A stretch of 64,000 bases of DNA. It comes from Gammaproteobacteria bacterium. Its GTDB lineage: Bacteria; Pseudomonadota; Gammaproteobacteria; Eutrophobiales; Eutrophobiaceae. The notes beneath the pieces were generated by a model. That model was not told the origin of the DNA. It saw only the letters and a list, made by a program, of their open reading frames with translations, and did no database searches. Below are positions 54,754-64,000 of this stretch, piece by piece (position 1 is the first letter of the stretch; every line of letters starts with the position of its first letter). The position numbers and the translations under genes are program-made. The stretch spans positions 1 to 64,000 of the forward strand of contig CAXMWX010000001.1 in assembly GCA_963422205.2 (NCBI GenBank), in the 5' to 3' direction.

Positions 54754-55114
54754 ATGAGCGTTTCATTTTTTTGAACGACCGATACTGAATTCGCCCTATG
54801 AGTACCCCTTTGCTCATTGGCAGTTGGATGAGGTCGGGCGGCCAACGCAGCACATCATCCGGGCGCGCCGGAAGGCCGAGTTTATCACGCCGGTGCCCGG
54901 GCCTACGCGGCGGGGGCGCACCACAGATCAGGCAGATATGATCCTCGATGACGGCGAGGGTCTGTCCACATCCGCCCAGGCATACAACCCCATGCCCATC
55001 ATCAACGAGTTGCGAAGCGAGGTGGACACATGGCGGGCGCTGCCGAGTGAGCGGGACTGGCTGGTGACGCCGGAGACCGCCCGCCTGCTCAAGCACTGGC
55101 GGCACTATCTTTGA
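54754..55114 (+). pseudogene. N-terminal fragment of a type III-like restriction endonuclease Res subunit
   Basis: FFERPILNSPYEYP.HW.LD...RRKAEFITP...IINELRSEVDTWR...VTPETARLLKHWR; T7 run near 54766 shifts the frame; stops at the cassette edge. Confidence 0.7.
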
Positions 55115-55275
55115 TGAAGTGACCACCGATATCAATAAGATAAACAACGATGTGTATTACAGCTTGCAGGGGCAGCAGGATGAACAACAAGCTGATTGCA
55201 CTCATGCAATCTCCTATACTAATTATTTTATCAAGTGTATACTAAAATTAGCAATTAAATCTGCGCCAATATTTT

Positions 55276-56133
55276 ATGTCACATTTAGAAATAATCAAAA
55301 AGATTCTAGGAAAACCCTATTACGAAAATGAGTTTGGAGTCGTTTACCATATGGATTGCTCAGAAGGTTTGCAAAAGCTAAAAAGCTCAGAGGTATTTTT
55401 TGACGCAACCATAACAAGTCCGCCGTATAATATTGGAAAAGAGTACGAACAGATACTATATCTTGATGAATATATAAAATGGATTAGCTCCATTAGTGAT
55501 CTCGTTTACGAAAATACAAAACCAAACGGATCTTATCTCTTAAACCTTGGCTATCTTTCAGTAGAAGACAAAGGGCATGCTGTTCCAATTCCTTACTTGT
55601 TATGGAATAAAGTTAAATTCTATCTGAATCAGGAAATAGTTTGGAATTATGGCGCAGGAGTTGCAGCAAGAAAATATCTATCTCCTAGAAACGAAAAAGT
55701 TCTTTGGTATGTTAAAAATCCAAAAGAATTCACTTTTAATTTAAATGATATTAGAGACCCAGATGTTAAATATCCTAATCAAAAAAAGAATGGGAAGTTG
55801 CGCTGCAACACTTTGGGCAAAAATCCCTCGGATGTTTGGCAAATTGCGAAAGTTACATCCGGTAAGAATAGATCATCTAAGGAGCGAATGCCGCATCCTG
55901 CACAATTCCCAGAGGACTTAATAGAAAGAATGGTATTGGGCTTTTCAAATGAGGGGGAAATGATACTAGACCCATTCATTGGATCAGGGACAACCGCACG
56001 AACAGCCATGTTAAAGGAGAGGAAGTTTGTAGGATTTGAAATAGATAAAGCTTATTGCAAAACACTGAAAATGCGCCTAGAATCAACTATGGATGAAATC
56101 AAGCGAGAGCGAAGTGTTCTTAAGCTTTTTTAG
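55276..56133 (+). CDS. DNA amino-methyltransferase, beta class, probably m4C
   Basis: TSPPY before HPAQFP and LDPFIGSGTT; AT-rich. Confidence 0.9.
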   Translation: MSHLEIIKKILGKPYYENEFGVVYHMDCSEGLQKLKSSEVFFDATITSPPYNIGKEYEQILYLDEYIKWISSISDLVYENTKPNGSYLLNLGYLSVEDKGHAVPIPYLLWNKVKFYLNQEIVWNYGAGVAARKYLSPRNEKVLWYVKNPKEFTFNLNDIRDPDVKYPNQKKNGKLRCNTLGKNPSDVWQIAKVTSGKNRSSKERMPHPAQFPEDLIERMVLGFSNEGEMILDPFIGSGTTARTAMLKERKFVGFEIDKAYCKTLKMRLESTMDEIKRERSVLKLF

Positions 56134-56719
56134 TTCTTTCGTAGAGTGTTTTCAATTTGTATCTATAAACTTTTGGTGCAAGTCTTGCCTGCTGTCCAGT
56201 AGCTGCGGTCTGCGCTATCCAATCGGAGTGCTCTAAATAACCAAACCGAATGATAAGTATTTCGGGGCGTTTTTTTGTAGGTGTAAATTTTTGAAAATTA
56301 ATAGTGATATAGTAGCCATCCTTATTTTTCAGCCCATTACTAGAGTTTGGTTGTGCATAACTTCGATTCCCAAATATTTGATTTGGATGTGAAGAACCTT
56401 TAATTTCTACGCTCAATGTTTCGTCTTTAAGATGGTGAATATCTTTTTCTGATTTGGTCGTTCCCACTGTATATAATTCCTTGTGGTTCAGTGATAGATA
56501 ATGAGCCACTAATTCGTGCAGAAAAAAGCTCATAATCTGCGGGGTGGGGAAAATCTCTTTACCAATTTGGAAAGAGCCAATTTTAGAGTTAAATATATCG
56601 TCCCATGATTTCAATACAACATCTACAATTTCCTTTTCTTTAAGAGGGTGTTTCTTAATTAAAGATTTGGTTATGGTTTCCCAGTTTTTTGTTTCCTTGT
56701 CTTGATATGGCGAAGTCAT
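56120..56719 (-). CDS. Type II restriction endonuclease, ScaI-like family
   Basis: SPY...W, PQIMSFFLHEL, KDI...EIK PD-(D/E)xK core, FGNRSYAQ, TGQQA; convergent with the MTase. Confidence 0.75.
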   Translation of the reverse strand: MTSPYQDKETKNWETITKSLIKKHPLKEKEIVDVVLKSWDDIFNSKIGSFQIGKEIFPTPQIMSFFLHELVAHYLSLNHKELYTVGTTKSEKDIHHLKDETLSVEIKGSSHPNQIFGNRSYAQPNSSNGLKNKDGYYITINFQKFTPTKKRPEILIIRFGYLEHSDWIAQTAATGQQARLAPKVYRYKLKTLYERTKKA

Positions 56720-56722
56720 AGA

Positions 56723-56938
56723 TTATTTGAAATCAAGCAGTTCTTTAATTGGCATATCTAAAGAATTTGCAATCTTTTCGATATTTTCCAAAGTAATGTT
56801 CTTTTCTGCGCGTTCAATCATTCCGATATAAGTTCGGTGAACCTTAGCGCGTGAAGCTAGTTCTTCTTGTGATAAATTTAACCTATTACGTTCGGCTCGG
56901 ACTTTGTTTCCGAATTTTATTAAAATTTTTCGTTTCAT
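56723..56938 (-). CDS. R-M controller (C) protein, XRE HTH
   Basis: LSQEELA...HRTYIGMIERAEKNITLENIEKIA; 3 bp upstream of the REase. Confidence 0.85.
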   Translation of the reverse strand: MKRKILIKFGNKVRAERNRLNLSQEELASRAKVHRTYIGMIERAEKNITLENIEKIANSLDMPIKELLDFK

Positions 56939-57073
56939 ATTAATAGCTATAGCTTATTCATTTGCTAACTTTGGTTCTACATACTACAATTATCATGTGA
57001 TGCTTAACTTATCTGTTACACGGTGGAGCAAGCTAAAAATTTTCTTTTCCGCTTTGCGAGAGGAGGTCTATGG

Positions 57074-58300
57074 GCGCTCAAAAAATTCACTCGTGGCTTT
57101 TTGATTGTTGCGCCGGGGCTGACTATCAAAGGCCGCTTGGGCGTCAGAGCCTTTGGCACACAGCTTTTGTGCGAGCAGGTGATTGGCCGCGCACTGCGGC
57201 GACAGTCCTATGATCTGAACGAAGACAATCGCTTTAATGTCGAATATGCCGATGTGCTGGGCATTCCGTTTGACTTTACCGCCAAGCCGGTCGAGGCGCC
57301 CGTGCAGCCGCCGCGAGAAACCATCCGGGTAACAGCCGTTCGCCCCGAGCGCGATGCCCTGGAAATCCGTTTCCCGCGTGTCACAGGCTACCGCGTGGAG
57401 TTGCCGGAAGACCGGCTGAGTGCGGCATTTAGCGATGACCATAAGTTGGAACTGACGCCCGAAATGGTCGGTGCGACCGAAACGCATAACGAGGGCATCA
57501 TCGGCGAGGGGGTGGTGCTGAACCTTGAGGACTTGCAGAATGTGCGCCGCTCAACGCTGCTATTTCATCTCACCAAGAGATTGCTTTATAATGAATGGCG
57601 CGACCCGGATGGGGCGCCAAAGCACCACCTGTTCGGGCAACTCAAGCGCATTACCCGGCAGTGGCTGGATAGCTGTCTTATCTGCAAGGGCGGCACCTAC
57701 CCGGCGCAGCTGATGTATCTGGAACTGGCGGACAGGGCCTGTTCGAGAATCACGGCGGCGATCACACAGGCCGAGCACAGCAAAGACCGCCCCATCCGCG
57801 CCATGCTGGATCCCTACAACCCCGCCGGCTCCACCCGCCACGTCAACTTCACCACCTCGAAGACCGAGCGCTGGCAGACCGACCCGCGCAAGTGCCATAT
57901 CAACTGGGTGATTCTCGATAGCGGCTGGGAGGCGGAGTTCTGCCGCGTGGCCGAGGCGCACAAGCGCGTGCTTGCCTACGTCAAAAACCACAATTTGGGG
58001 CTGGAAGTGCCCTATCGCTACGCGGGCGCGGCGCACAACTACCGTCCCGACTTTATCGTGCAGCTCGACGATGGGCAGGATGACCCGCTCAATCTGATTG
58101 TCGAGATCAAGGGGCAGCGCCACGATCAAGACAAGGCCAAAAAGCTCGCCATCGAAACGTGCTGGATACCCGGCGTCAACCACCTTGCCACCTATGGCCG
58201 CTGGGCCTTCGCCGAATTTACCGCTGTATTCGATATGCAGCAGGACTTTGCAGACAGGGTGGAGCAAGCGTTTGATGACATGCTACAGACCGCTTTATAA
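57074..58300 (+). pseudogene. C-terminal, internally deleted remnant of the same type III-like Res gene
   Basis: FTRGFLIVAPGLTIK fused directly to LGVRAFGTQLLCEQVIGRALRR; PDFIV...EIKG nuclease motif; no Walker A or DEAH motif. Confidence 0.75.
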
Positions 58301-58340
58301 CTTCAGAAACACACTGCACGGCTCAGAGAGAAAGCGAGAG

Positions 58341-59350
58341 CACTATCAGCATATAGGGTATCGAATAAAAGACTTTTATCGCACGGGCAGCCATGCAATA
58401 AGGGCGGACATGAATAATCAAATCGCCGCACAGCGTCCCTGCTTGCGTGCTGCGTGCAGGCAAGTCAGTGTGCTTAGATTCTGGGACAAGCATGGCCTGA
58501 CCCGCCCTTGACCACAGTGGCAGTGGTTCGACAAGCTCACCCACCAGAGCCGCCGTACCCTGTATGCCTGGCGCAAAGCCTACCGCGAGTGGGGACTGTC
58601 TGGCTTGTGTCCGACCCCCAAAGCACCGAAGCGCACTCGCCGCTGACCACAAGCGGTTATCCAGCAGATACGCCAACGGCGCCAAGACCTGCCCAATCTG
58701 GATAAAGAGCAGTGTCAGGTACTGCTCAGATCCTGGTGTCAGGCCAGGGGATTGCCCTGTCCCAGTACTTCGACCATTGGCCGCCCTGTCTGTGCGGGTA
58801 CGCAGACGGGCTGATTGCCGATACCCCCGACAAGAGGCGAATCTCACCCCCGGCCTTGAGCCCGAAGGGGAAAGCCAAAGCCTATCGAAGAACCCCCGTC
58901 ACACGCCGCCCTAAAGGCTATCGCCCCAGCCAGATTGGCGAGTGTGTGGGACTGGACGCCATCGAGCGGCGTAGGCAGGTGGCCGGGGGGTATCTCCTCA
59001 CCTCTATTGACGAAGCCAGTGGCTATGCCTTAGTCCTGGCGGTGCCGAAACGGAGCAGCCAAGCTGCCAGAGACTTCTTTGAGACGTGTTTCCGCTTGAC
59101 CCCCTTCCCCATCCAGCAGGTGATTACCGACAGTGGCGTTACGTTCAAGGGCGCGTTTGACCAACGGCTCAATGATAGTCAGATCCTGCATCTATACACC
59201 TATCCCAAAACCCCCAAAATGAATGCCGTGGCTGGTGAGCTTGTCGAACCATCTGTGAGCGTTCTAATCGCACCAGTCAAGAGCAGTCCTGCCTGTGCGT
59301 GTCCGCACGCAGACAGGCGAGAAGCCAATGTAGACCGCTTAACTTCCTAA
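58341..59350 (+). mobile_element. Degenerate IS481-family transposase pseudogene
   Basis: Reconstructed LRFWDKHG..SRRTLYAWR..LPNL.KE..CPSTSTIGRLIAD..LDAI..ITDSG..KTPKMNAICERSNRT; stop codons and five short inserts. Confidence 0.75.
58524..59251. repeat. Two inverted copies of 18-bp TGGTTCGACAAGCTCACC (58524-58541 and 59234-59251)
   Basis: Exact reverse complements. Confidence 0.9.
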
Positions 59351-59502
59351 GACCCCCTGTTTTAAGCGCACCCGTCAATTTCATGCTGCGCTGCAAGTAA
59401 TAATTTATAACTGCATGAAATATATAGTGTTTAAAATTTTGCAATGCAGCAATTCCAAGTTACAATCTCACCATTAACGCAACTGTAAGCAGAGTGTGAA
59501 CC

Positions 59503-60318
59503 ATGCAGATACAAGATAAAGTCGCCATCGTCACCGGTGCGGCCAGCGGTATTGGTCGGGCGGTGTCCCTGGAGCTTGCCCGGCGTGGCATAAAGAAGCT
59601 GGCCATGATTGATCAGTCCGAGCAGATCAGAATTGCCGCTGAACAGGTGAATAATGAGGTGGATGCAGAGGTAGCCGTCACTTATCAGGGGGATGTCACG
59701 AACGATGCCTTCCGTGTCAATGTCTATGATAAAATCTGCCAGCAATACGGGGTCGTGAATATTTGTATTCCGGCCGCCGGCATCACCCGTGATGCACTGG
59801 CGGTCAAGGTGAATAAAGAGACCGCCGAGGCCATGGTGTATCCCAAGGCACATTTTGAGCTGGTGGTGAATGTCAATCTGATTGCCCCGATCTACTGGGC
59901 GATGGAGATGATTGCCCGTGTTGCCGAGGACCGTGCCCGGCGGGGGTTAAAGCGCTGGCATCCTGATGAACACATGCAGGGGACGGTGATCTTTATCGGC
60001 TCGGTCTCCTCCCAGGGCAACAAGGGCCAGGTCTCCTATGCCTCAACCAAGGCCGGCCTTGAAGGTGCCGCCTCCACCCTGACCAAGGAGGCCATCTTCC
60101 ACGGCGTGCGTTGTGGCGTGATTCATCCGGGCTTTACTGATACCCCCATGGTAAGAGCACTGGGTGAAGACTATATCGAGAGCCACATCCTGCCGGATAC
60201 ACAAATAGGCCGACTTATCCGCCCCACTGAAATTGCCGATGCCATTTGCTTCATGATAGCCAACTCGATCGTCTCCGGGCAGTTATGGGCCGATGCTGGC
60301 TGGCACCCTTCAGCATAG
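59503..60318 (+). CDS. SDR oxidoreductase (FabG/PhaB-like)
   Basis: TGAASGIG, AGITRD, YASTK, PGFTDT. Confidence 0.88.
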   Translation: MQIQDKVAIVTGAASGIGRAVSLELARRGIKKLAMIDQSEQIRIAAEQVNNEVDAEVAVTYQGDVTNDAFRVNVYDKICQQYGVVNICIPAAGITRDALAVKVNKETAEAMVYPKAHFELVVNVNLIAPIYWAMEMIARVAEDRARRGLKRWHPDEHMQGTVIFIGSVSSQGNKGQVSYASTKAGLEGAASTLTKEAIFHGVRCGVIHPGFTDTPMVRALGEDYIESHILPDTQIGRLIRPTEIADAICFMIANSIVSGQLWADAGWHPSA

Positions 60319-60420
60319 TATAGATAATACCGCCAGCAGGATTGACGGCATATCGGCCCAAGGCCAGGGTGTTGCACATGCACAGGATGAGGTGAAGGGT
60401 GATGTGTAAGCATAGCTGCC

Positions 60421-61446
60421 TCAGTGATCGATTAATGCCACTCCCATGGCGGACAGGGGTTTCACCAGCCTGCCGATTTTGATGGCATAATCGCTGGTCG
60501 CATTGCCCTCCAGTGCGCGTTTTTTTACTCCCTGGGTGATGGCGGCAAAGCGAAAAAAATTAAAGATTAGATAAAAATTCCAATCGGGAATGTCAGCGAT
60601 GCCCATGCGCTGGCAGTAGGTTGCCACGTAGGCGGCTTCGGACGGAATCCCCAGTGCCGTTCGATCCAGATCGCCCAAGCCTTTTATCTCGCCCCGGGCG
60701 GCCATCCGCCACTGCATGCACTGATAGGCAATATCCGCCCAGGGGTGGCCCAGCGTGGAAAGCTCCCAGTCCAGCAGGGCGATGATCGTGTTTTCTGTCG
60801 GATGGAAGATGAGGTTATCCAGACGAAAATCACCGTGGATCAGGCTGATCTTGCCATCATCTGCTGGCAGGTTGGCGGGCAACCACTGCATCAGGTGTTC
60901 CATGGTGCTGATGGCTTCGGTTTCGCTGGCGCGGTATTGCTGCTGCCAGCGGCTTATCTGGCGTTCGAGATAATGGCTTTTTTTACCGTAATTGCCGAGG
61001 CCCACGGCGGCTATATCGACTTGATGCACGGCGACCAGCGCCCGATTCATGGCATCATAAATGTCTGCCCGTTGGTGGCGATCTAATTCAGGCAAGGCGG
61101 GGTCAGAGAAACTCCGTCCCTGTGCATAACTCATCACATAAAACATGCTGCCGATGATCGACTCATCGTCGCACAGGTGGATGGGCGTGGGCGTTGGCAC
61201 GTCTGTCTTGTCCAGGGCGGTGAGGATTCGAAACTCCCGGTCAATCGCATGGGCAGATTTCAGCAACGTACCCGGCGGTTTTCTCCTCAGCACATATTGG
61301 CCGGATGCTGCATGCAGCAAATAGGTAGGGTTGGATTGCCCAACGGCGAACTTCTGCATGGCGACCGGGCCCTTAAAACCACGGATCTGTTGCTCAAGAT
61401 AGTCGGTCAGCCGGCCGCTTGCCGCCTCCTCTGTGGTCTTTTGCAT
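60421..61446 (-). CDS. APH-family phosphotransferase (LvaA / ACAD10-11 kinase-like)
   Basis: GQSNPTY, LRRKP, SAHAIDRE, HGDFRLDN, LDWELSTLG. Confidence 0.88.
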   Translation of the reverse strand: MQKTTEEAASGRLTDYLEQQIRGFKGPVAMQKFAVGQSNPTYLLHAASGQYVLRRKPPGTLLKSAHAIDREFRILTALDKTDVPTPTPIHLCDDESIIGSMFYVMSYAQGRSFSDPALPELDRHQRADIYDAMNRALVAVHQVDIAAVGLGNYGKKSHYLERQISRWQQQYRASETEAISTMEHLMQWLPANLPADDGKISLIHGDFRLDNLIFHPTENTIIALLDWELSTLGHPWADIAYQCMQWRMAARGEIKGLGDLDRTALGIPSEAAYVATYCQRMGIADIPDWNFYLIFNFFRFAAITQGVKKRALEGNATSDYAIKIGRLVKPLSAMGVALIDH

Positions 61447-61466
61447 CGGCTCAGGAAGCCGCCGGT

Positions 61467-62678
61467 CTAACCGCCTGCATAGTGTTTTAACACCTGCTTT
61501 GCCAGCGCCTGTATATGCACCTGATCCGGCCCATCAGCAATGCGAATCGTCCTGGCATAAGCAAAGGCCCGGGCGAGAAACGTATCCTGACACAGGCCCT
61601 TGGCGCCGTAGGCCTGGATCGCCCGGTCAATGACATGTTGTGCCATTATCGGGGCGATGATCTTGATCATCCCGATCAGATGACGGGCGGCTTTTTTGCC
61701 TTGCTGATCGATCATATCAGCGGCTTTTAAGGTGAGCAGGCGCGCTTGTTCGATCTCGCATTGAGAGCGGGCGATGTCTTCCCGAATACTGCCCTGCTCA
61801 CTGAGTTTTTTGCCGAAGGCGATACGTGCTTCGGTACGTACACACATCAACTCCAGCGCCCGCTGGGCGCAACCAATCAGACGCATGCAATGGTGGATAC
61901 GCCCCGGCCCCAAGCGTGCCTGGGCGATCTCAAACCCCCGGCCCTCGCCGAGCAACAGGTTGCCCGCCGGCACACGCACCTGGTCGAATTCGATCTCGGC
62001 ATGACCATGCGGGGCATCATCGGCACCAAACACGGTCAGCGGCCGAATGATGTTCACACCCGCCGTATCTATGGGCACGAGCAGTTGCGATTGCTGCCTG
62101 TGTGTTTCTGCATCGGGGTTGGTCTTGCCCATGACGATGAGCAGCTGGCAGCGTGGATCGAGCGCCCCGGTCGTCCACCATTTGCGTCCGTTGATAATGT
62201 AGTCATCACCTTGCCGGGACATTTGGCATTCGATATTGGTCGCATCCGCCGAGGCCACGGCGGGTTCAGTCATGCAGAAGCCGGAGCGGATCTCCCCTGC
62301 AAGCAGCGGCACCAGCCAGCGTGTTTTCTGCGCCGGGCTGCCGAACTCTGACAGGATTTCCATATTGCCAGTATCAGGTGCATTGCAATTAAAGACCTCA
62401 GGGCCAATCAGTGAGCGCCCCATGATCTCTGCCAGTGGGGCATATTCCAGGTTGGTCAGGCCATGGCCGTATTCCGGTTGCGGATGAAACAGGTTCCACA
62501 GGTCGGCGGCCTTTGCCCTTGCCTTGAGGGCTTCCATGATCGGCGGCACAGTCCAGCGGTTATCGGCGCTTGCAATAAAGTCATCGTAGCCTTGCTCTGC
62601 CGGGTAGACATGTTGCTGCATAAATTCCGACACACGGCGGATGAGTGCCTTTACCTTGTCTGAATGATCAAAGTCCAT
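61467..62678 (-). CDS. Acyl-CoA dehydrogenase (LvaC / ACAD10-11-like)
   Basis: [44 protein letters not shown]. Confidence 0.9.
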   Translation of the reverse strand: MDFDHSDKVKALIRRVSEFMQQHVYPAEQGYDDFIASADNRWTVPPIMEALKARAKAADLWNLFHPQPEYGHGLTNLEYAPLAEIMGRSLIGPEVFNCNAPDTGNMEILSEFGSPAQKTRWLVPLLAGEIRSGFCMTEPAVASADATNIECQMSRQGDDYIINGRKWWTTGALDPRCQLLIVMGKTNPDAETHRQQSQLLVPIDTAGVNIIRPLTVFGADDAPHGHAEIEFDQVRVPAGNLLLGEGRGFEIAQARLGPGRIHHCMRLIGCAQRALELMCVRTEARIAFGKKLSEQGSIREDIARSQCEIEQARLLTLKAADMIDQQGKKAARHLIGMIKIIAPIMAQHVIDRAIQAYGAKGLCQDTFLARAFAYARTIRIADGPDQVHIQALAKQVLKHYAGG

Positions 62679-62685
62679 GCGATTA

Positions 62686-63381
62686 TCAACTCAGCGTGAT
62701 GCGTGCTCGATGCTGTGCGGTATCGAGATGCGGGAGGGTATTAAACGACGCCAGTTGAATCTCATCGCCAGCGTAGTAACACTGTGTTATGGAGCTGTTT
62801 CGTATCTGCATGTTGAGCGCCACCGCCTGTGGGTAGGGCAGTTGCAAAATCTTAAATAACAGCATACTGATAACACCGCCAGAGGTCATCATCAAGCGAT
62901 GCCGGCCTTTATCATCTCGCTGGCAGATGTCGGTTAACATTGTGCTGGTGCGCTCCCTGAAGTCGTGCCAGGTCTCGGTGATCCTGCCATCCAGCTTGCC
63001 TTCATGCCAGGCCAGCAATGACTTTTTAATCACGCGGTAGAACAGGGCAGCATCCTGGTGCTGGCGTTTGTGACTCAGCCCGATATCCTCATCCTCTGGA
63101 TAGCATTCGGCATAGGCCCGGTGCAACTCGGTAAAACGATATTCGTTTAGTTTTGGACTGCGCTGTATCTGCACCTCCTGCGGGCATTCGGCCAGCATAT
63201 TGTCAAGCGTTTGCTGATGCCGATGATGGGTGCCGCTGATGATTGTATCAAACCGCAAGCAACGCTCGGCAAAATACTGCCCCAGCGCGGTTGCCTGTTG
63301 CCTTCCAATGGCAGAGAGACGATCGTAATCATCGGTCCCGAATGCGGCCTGTGCATGACGGATTACATAGAGTTCGGACAT
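62686..63381 (-). CDS. Histidine phosphatase family protein
   Basis: IRHAQA..G..DYD.LS, LNEY, TSGG. Confidence 0.85.
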   Translation of the reverse strand: MSELYVIRHAQAAFGTDDYDRLSAIGRQQATALGQYFAERCLRFDTIISGTHHRHQQTLDNMLAECPQEVQIQRSPKLNEYRFTELHRAYAECYPEDEDIGLSHKRQHQDAALFYRVIKKSLLAWHEGKLDGRITETWHDFRERTSTMLTDICQRDDKGRHRLMMTSGGVISMLLFKILQLPYPQAVALNMQIRNSSITQCYYAGDEIQLASFNTLPHLDTAQHRARITLS

Positions 63382-63683
63382 CTGTTACCTACAGACTGCT
63401 CATCTGAACGATCAAAGAATCTTCATCTACCCGCAGGCGACCTTGCTTGTCAAACAGCCGTTGTCTGCTCGCATGTCACCACAGGGCCTGTGCAGCCAGC
63501 CACGCCGCGCTGCCTGGCGCCATTCTCTCCCGCCCTGTGCTGCCCGCAGGCAGGTTTCGTTCGGATGGGCGCAGGGGCGGTGGGCCATGCTAGGCGCCCG
63601 GCATGGAAGCGGTCAGCTTGAATTGACGTAAACCACACGGGCAAACCCGCTGAGATGTTCCTGCCCTGCTCATCTGCTCCTGC

Positions 63684-64000
63684 TCATGTGCCAATAATAA
63701 AGCTGACCGTGGTCGTGGCACTGCCACCGATGTTCAGGGTGGCAAAATTTTTTGCGCCTTCGATTTGATAATCACCGGCAGTGTTCGTGGTTTGTTTATA
63801 GCAGTCCAATGCCATTCTCACCCCGGTCGCGCCTACCGGATGGCCCAGCCCGATCAGGCCGCCGCTGGGGTTGATCGGCATATCGCCATCGGCATCGATT
63901 CGCCCGTCCTCAATCGCCTGCCAGCCCTCCCCCGGCGCGGTAATGCCGAAGTGATCGATCGCCATGTATTCGCTGATGGTAAAACAATCATGGGTTTCAA
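63684..64000 (-). CDS. Thiolase C-terminus (SCP2-type), truncated by the window edge
   Basis: [20 protein letters not shown]. Confidence 0.85.
   Translation of the reverse strand, partial: ETHDCFTISEYMAIDHFGITAPGEGWQAIEDGRIDADGDMPINPSGGLIGLGHPVGATGVRMALDCYKQTTNTAGDYQIEGAKNFATLNIGGSATTTVSFIIGT

Noticed and set aside
58524-59251. 18-bp inverted pair as terminal inverted repeats of an IS or MITE
   Set aside because: Both copies lie inside the transposase coding region and interrupt it, so they are separate insertions, not element ends.

Overview
Chromosomal segment of a GC-rich, probably marine or host-associated gammaproteobacterium. Contents in order: (1) the 3' ~10.7 kb of a giant repetitive adhesin-like gene, broken only by three single-base insertions that look like assembly errors; (2) housekeeping genes tldD, a nitrilase-family gene, alaC-hom-thrC, recJ, prfB (programmed frameshift) and lysS; (3) an EGKCG-repeat RiPP cluster (HvfA/bufferin-like precursor, DUF692 MNIO, DUF2063, DoxX) with an FMN/[3Fe-4S] glutamate-synthase-family gene inside it; (4) argG, aceEF, an M17 peptidase, a MoxR-VWA (Bat) operon, an aromatic amino acid decarboxylase, pgpA, a lytic transglycosylase and oadGAB; (5) a defence hotspot in which an AT-rich C/R/M type II (ScaI-like) cassette sits inside a decayed type III-like Res gene; (6) an IS481-like transposase pseudogene carrying five 23-30 bp REP-like micro-insertions of two families; (7) an acyl-CoA dehydrogenase/APH-kinase/histidine phosphatase/thiolase module. 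No rRNA, tRNA or CRISPR array was recognised. All family calls are from motif recognition, not database searches.
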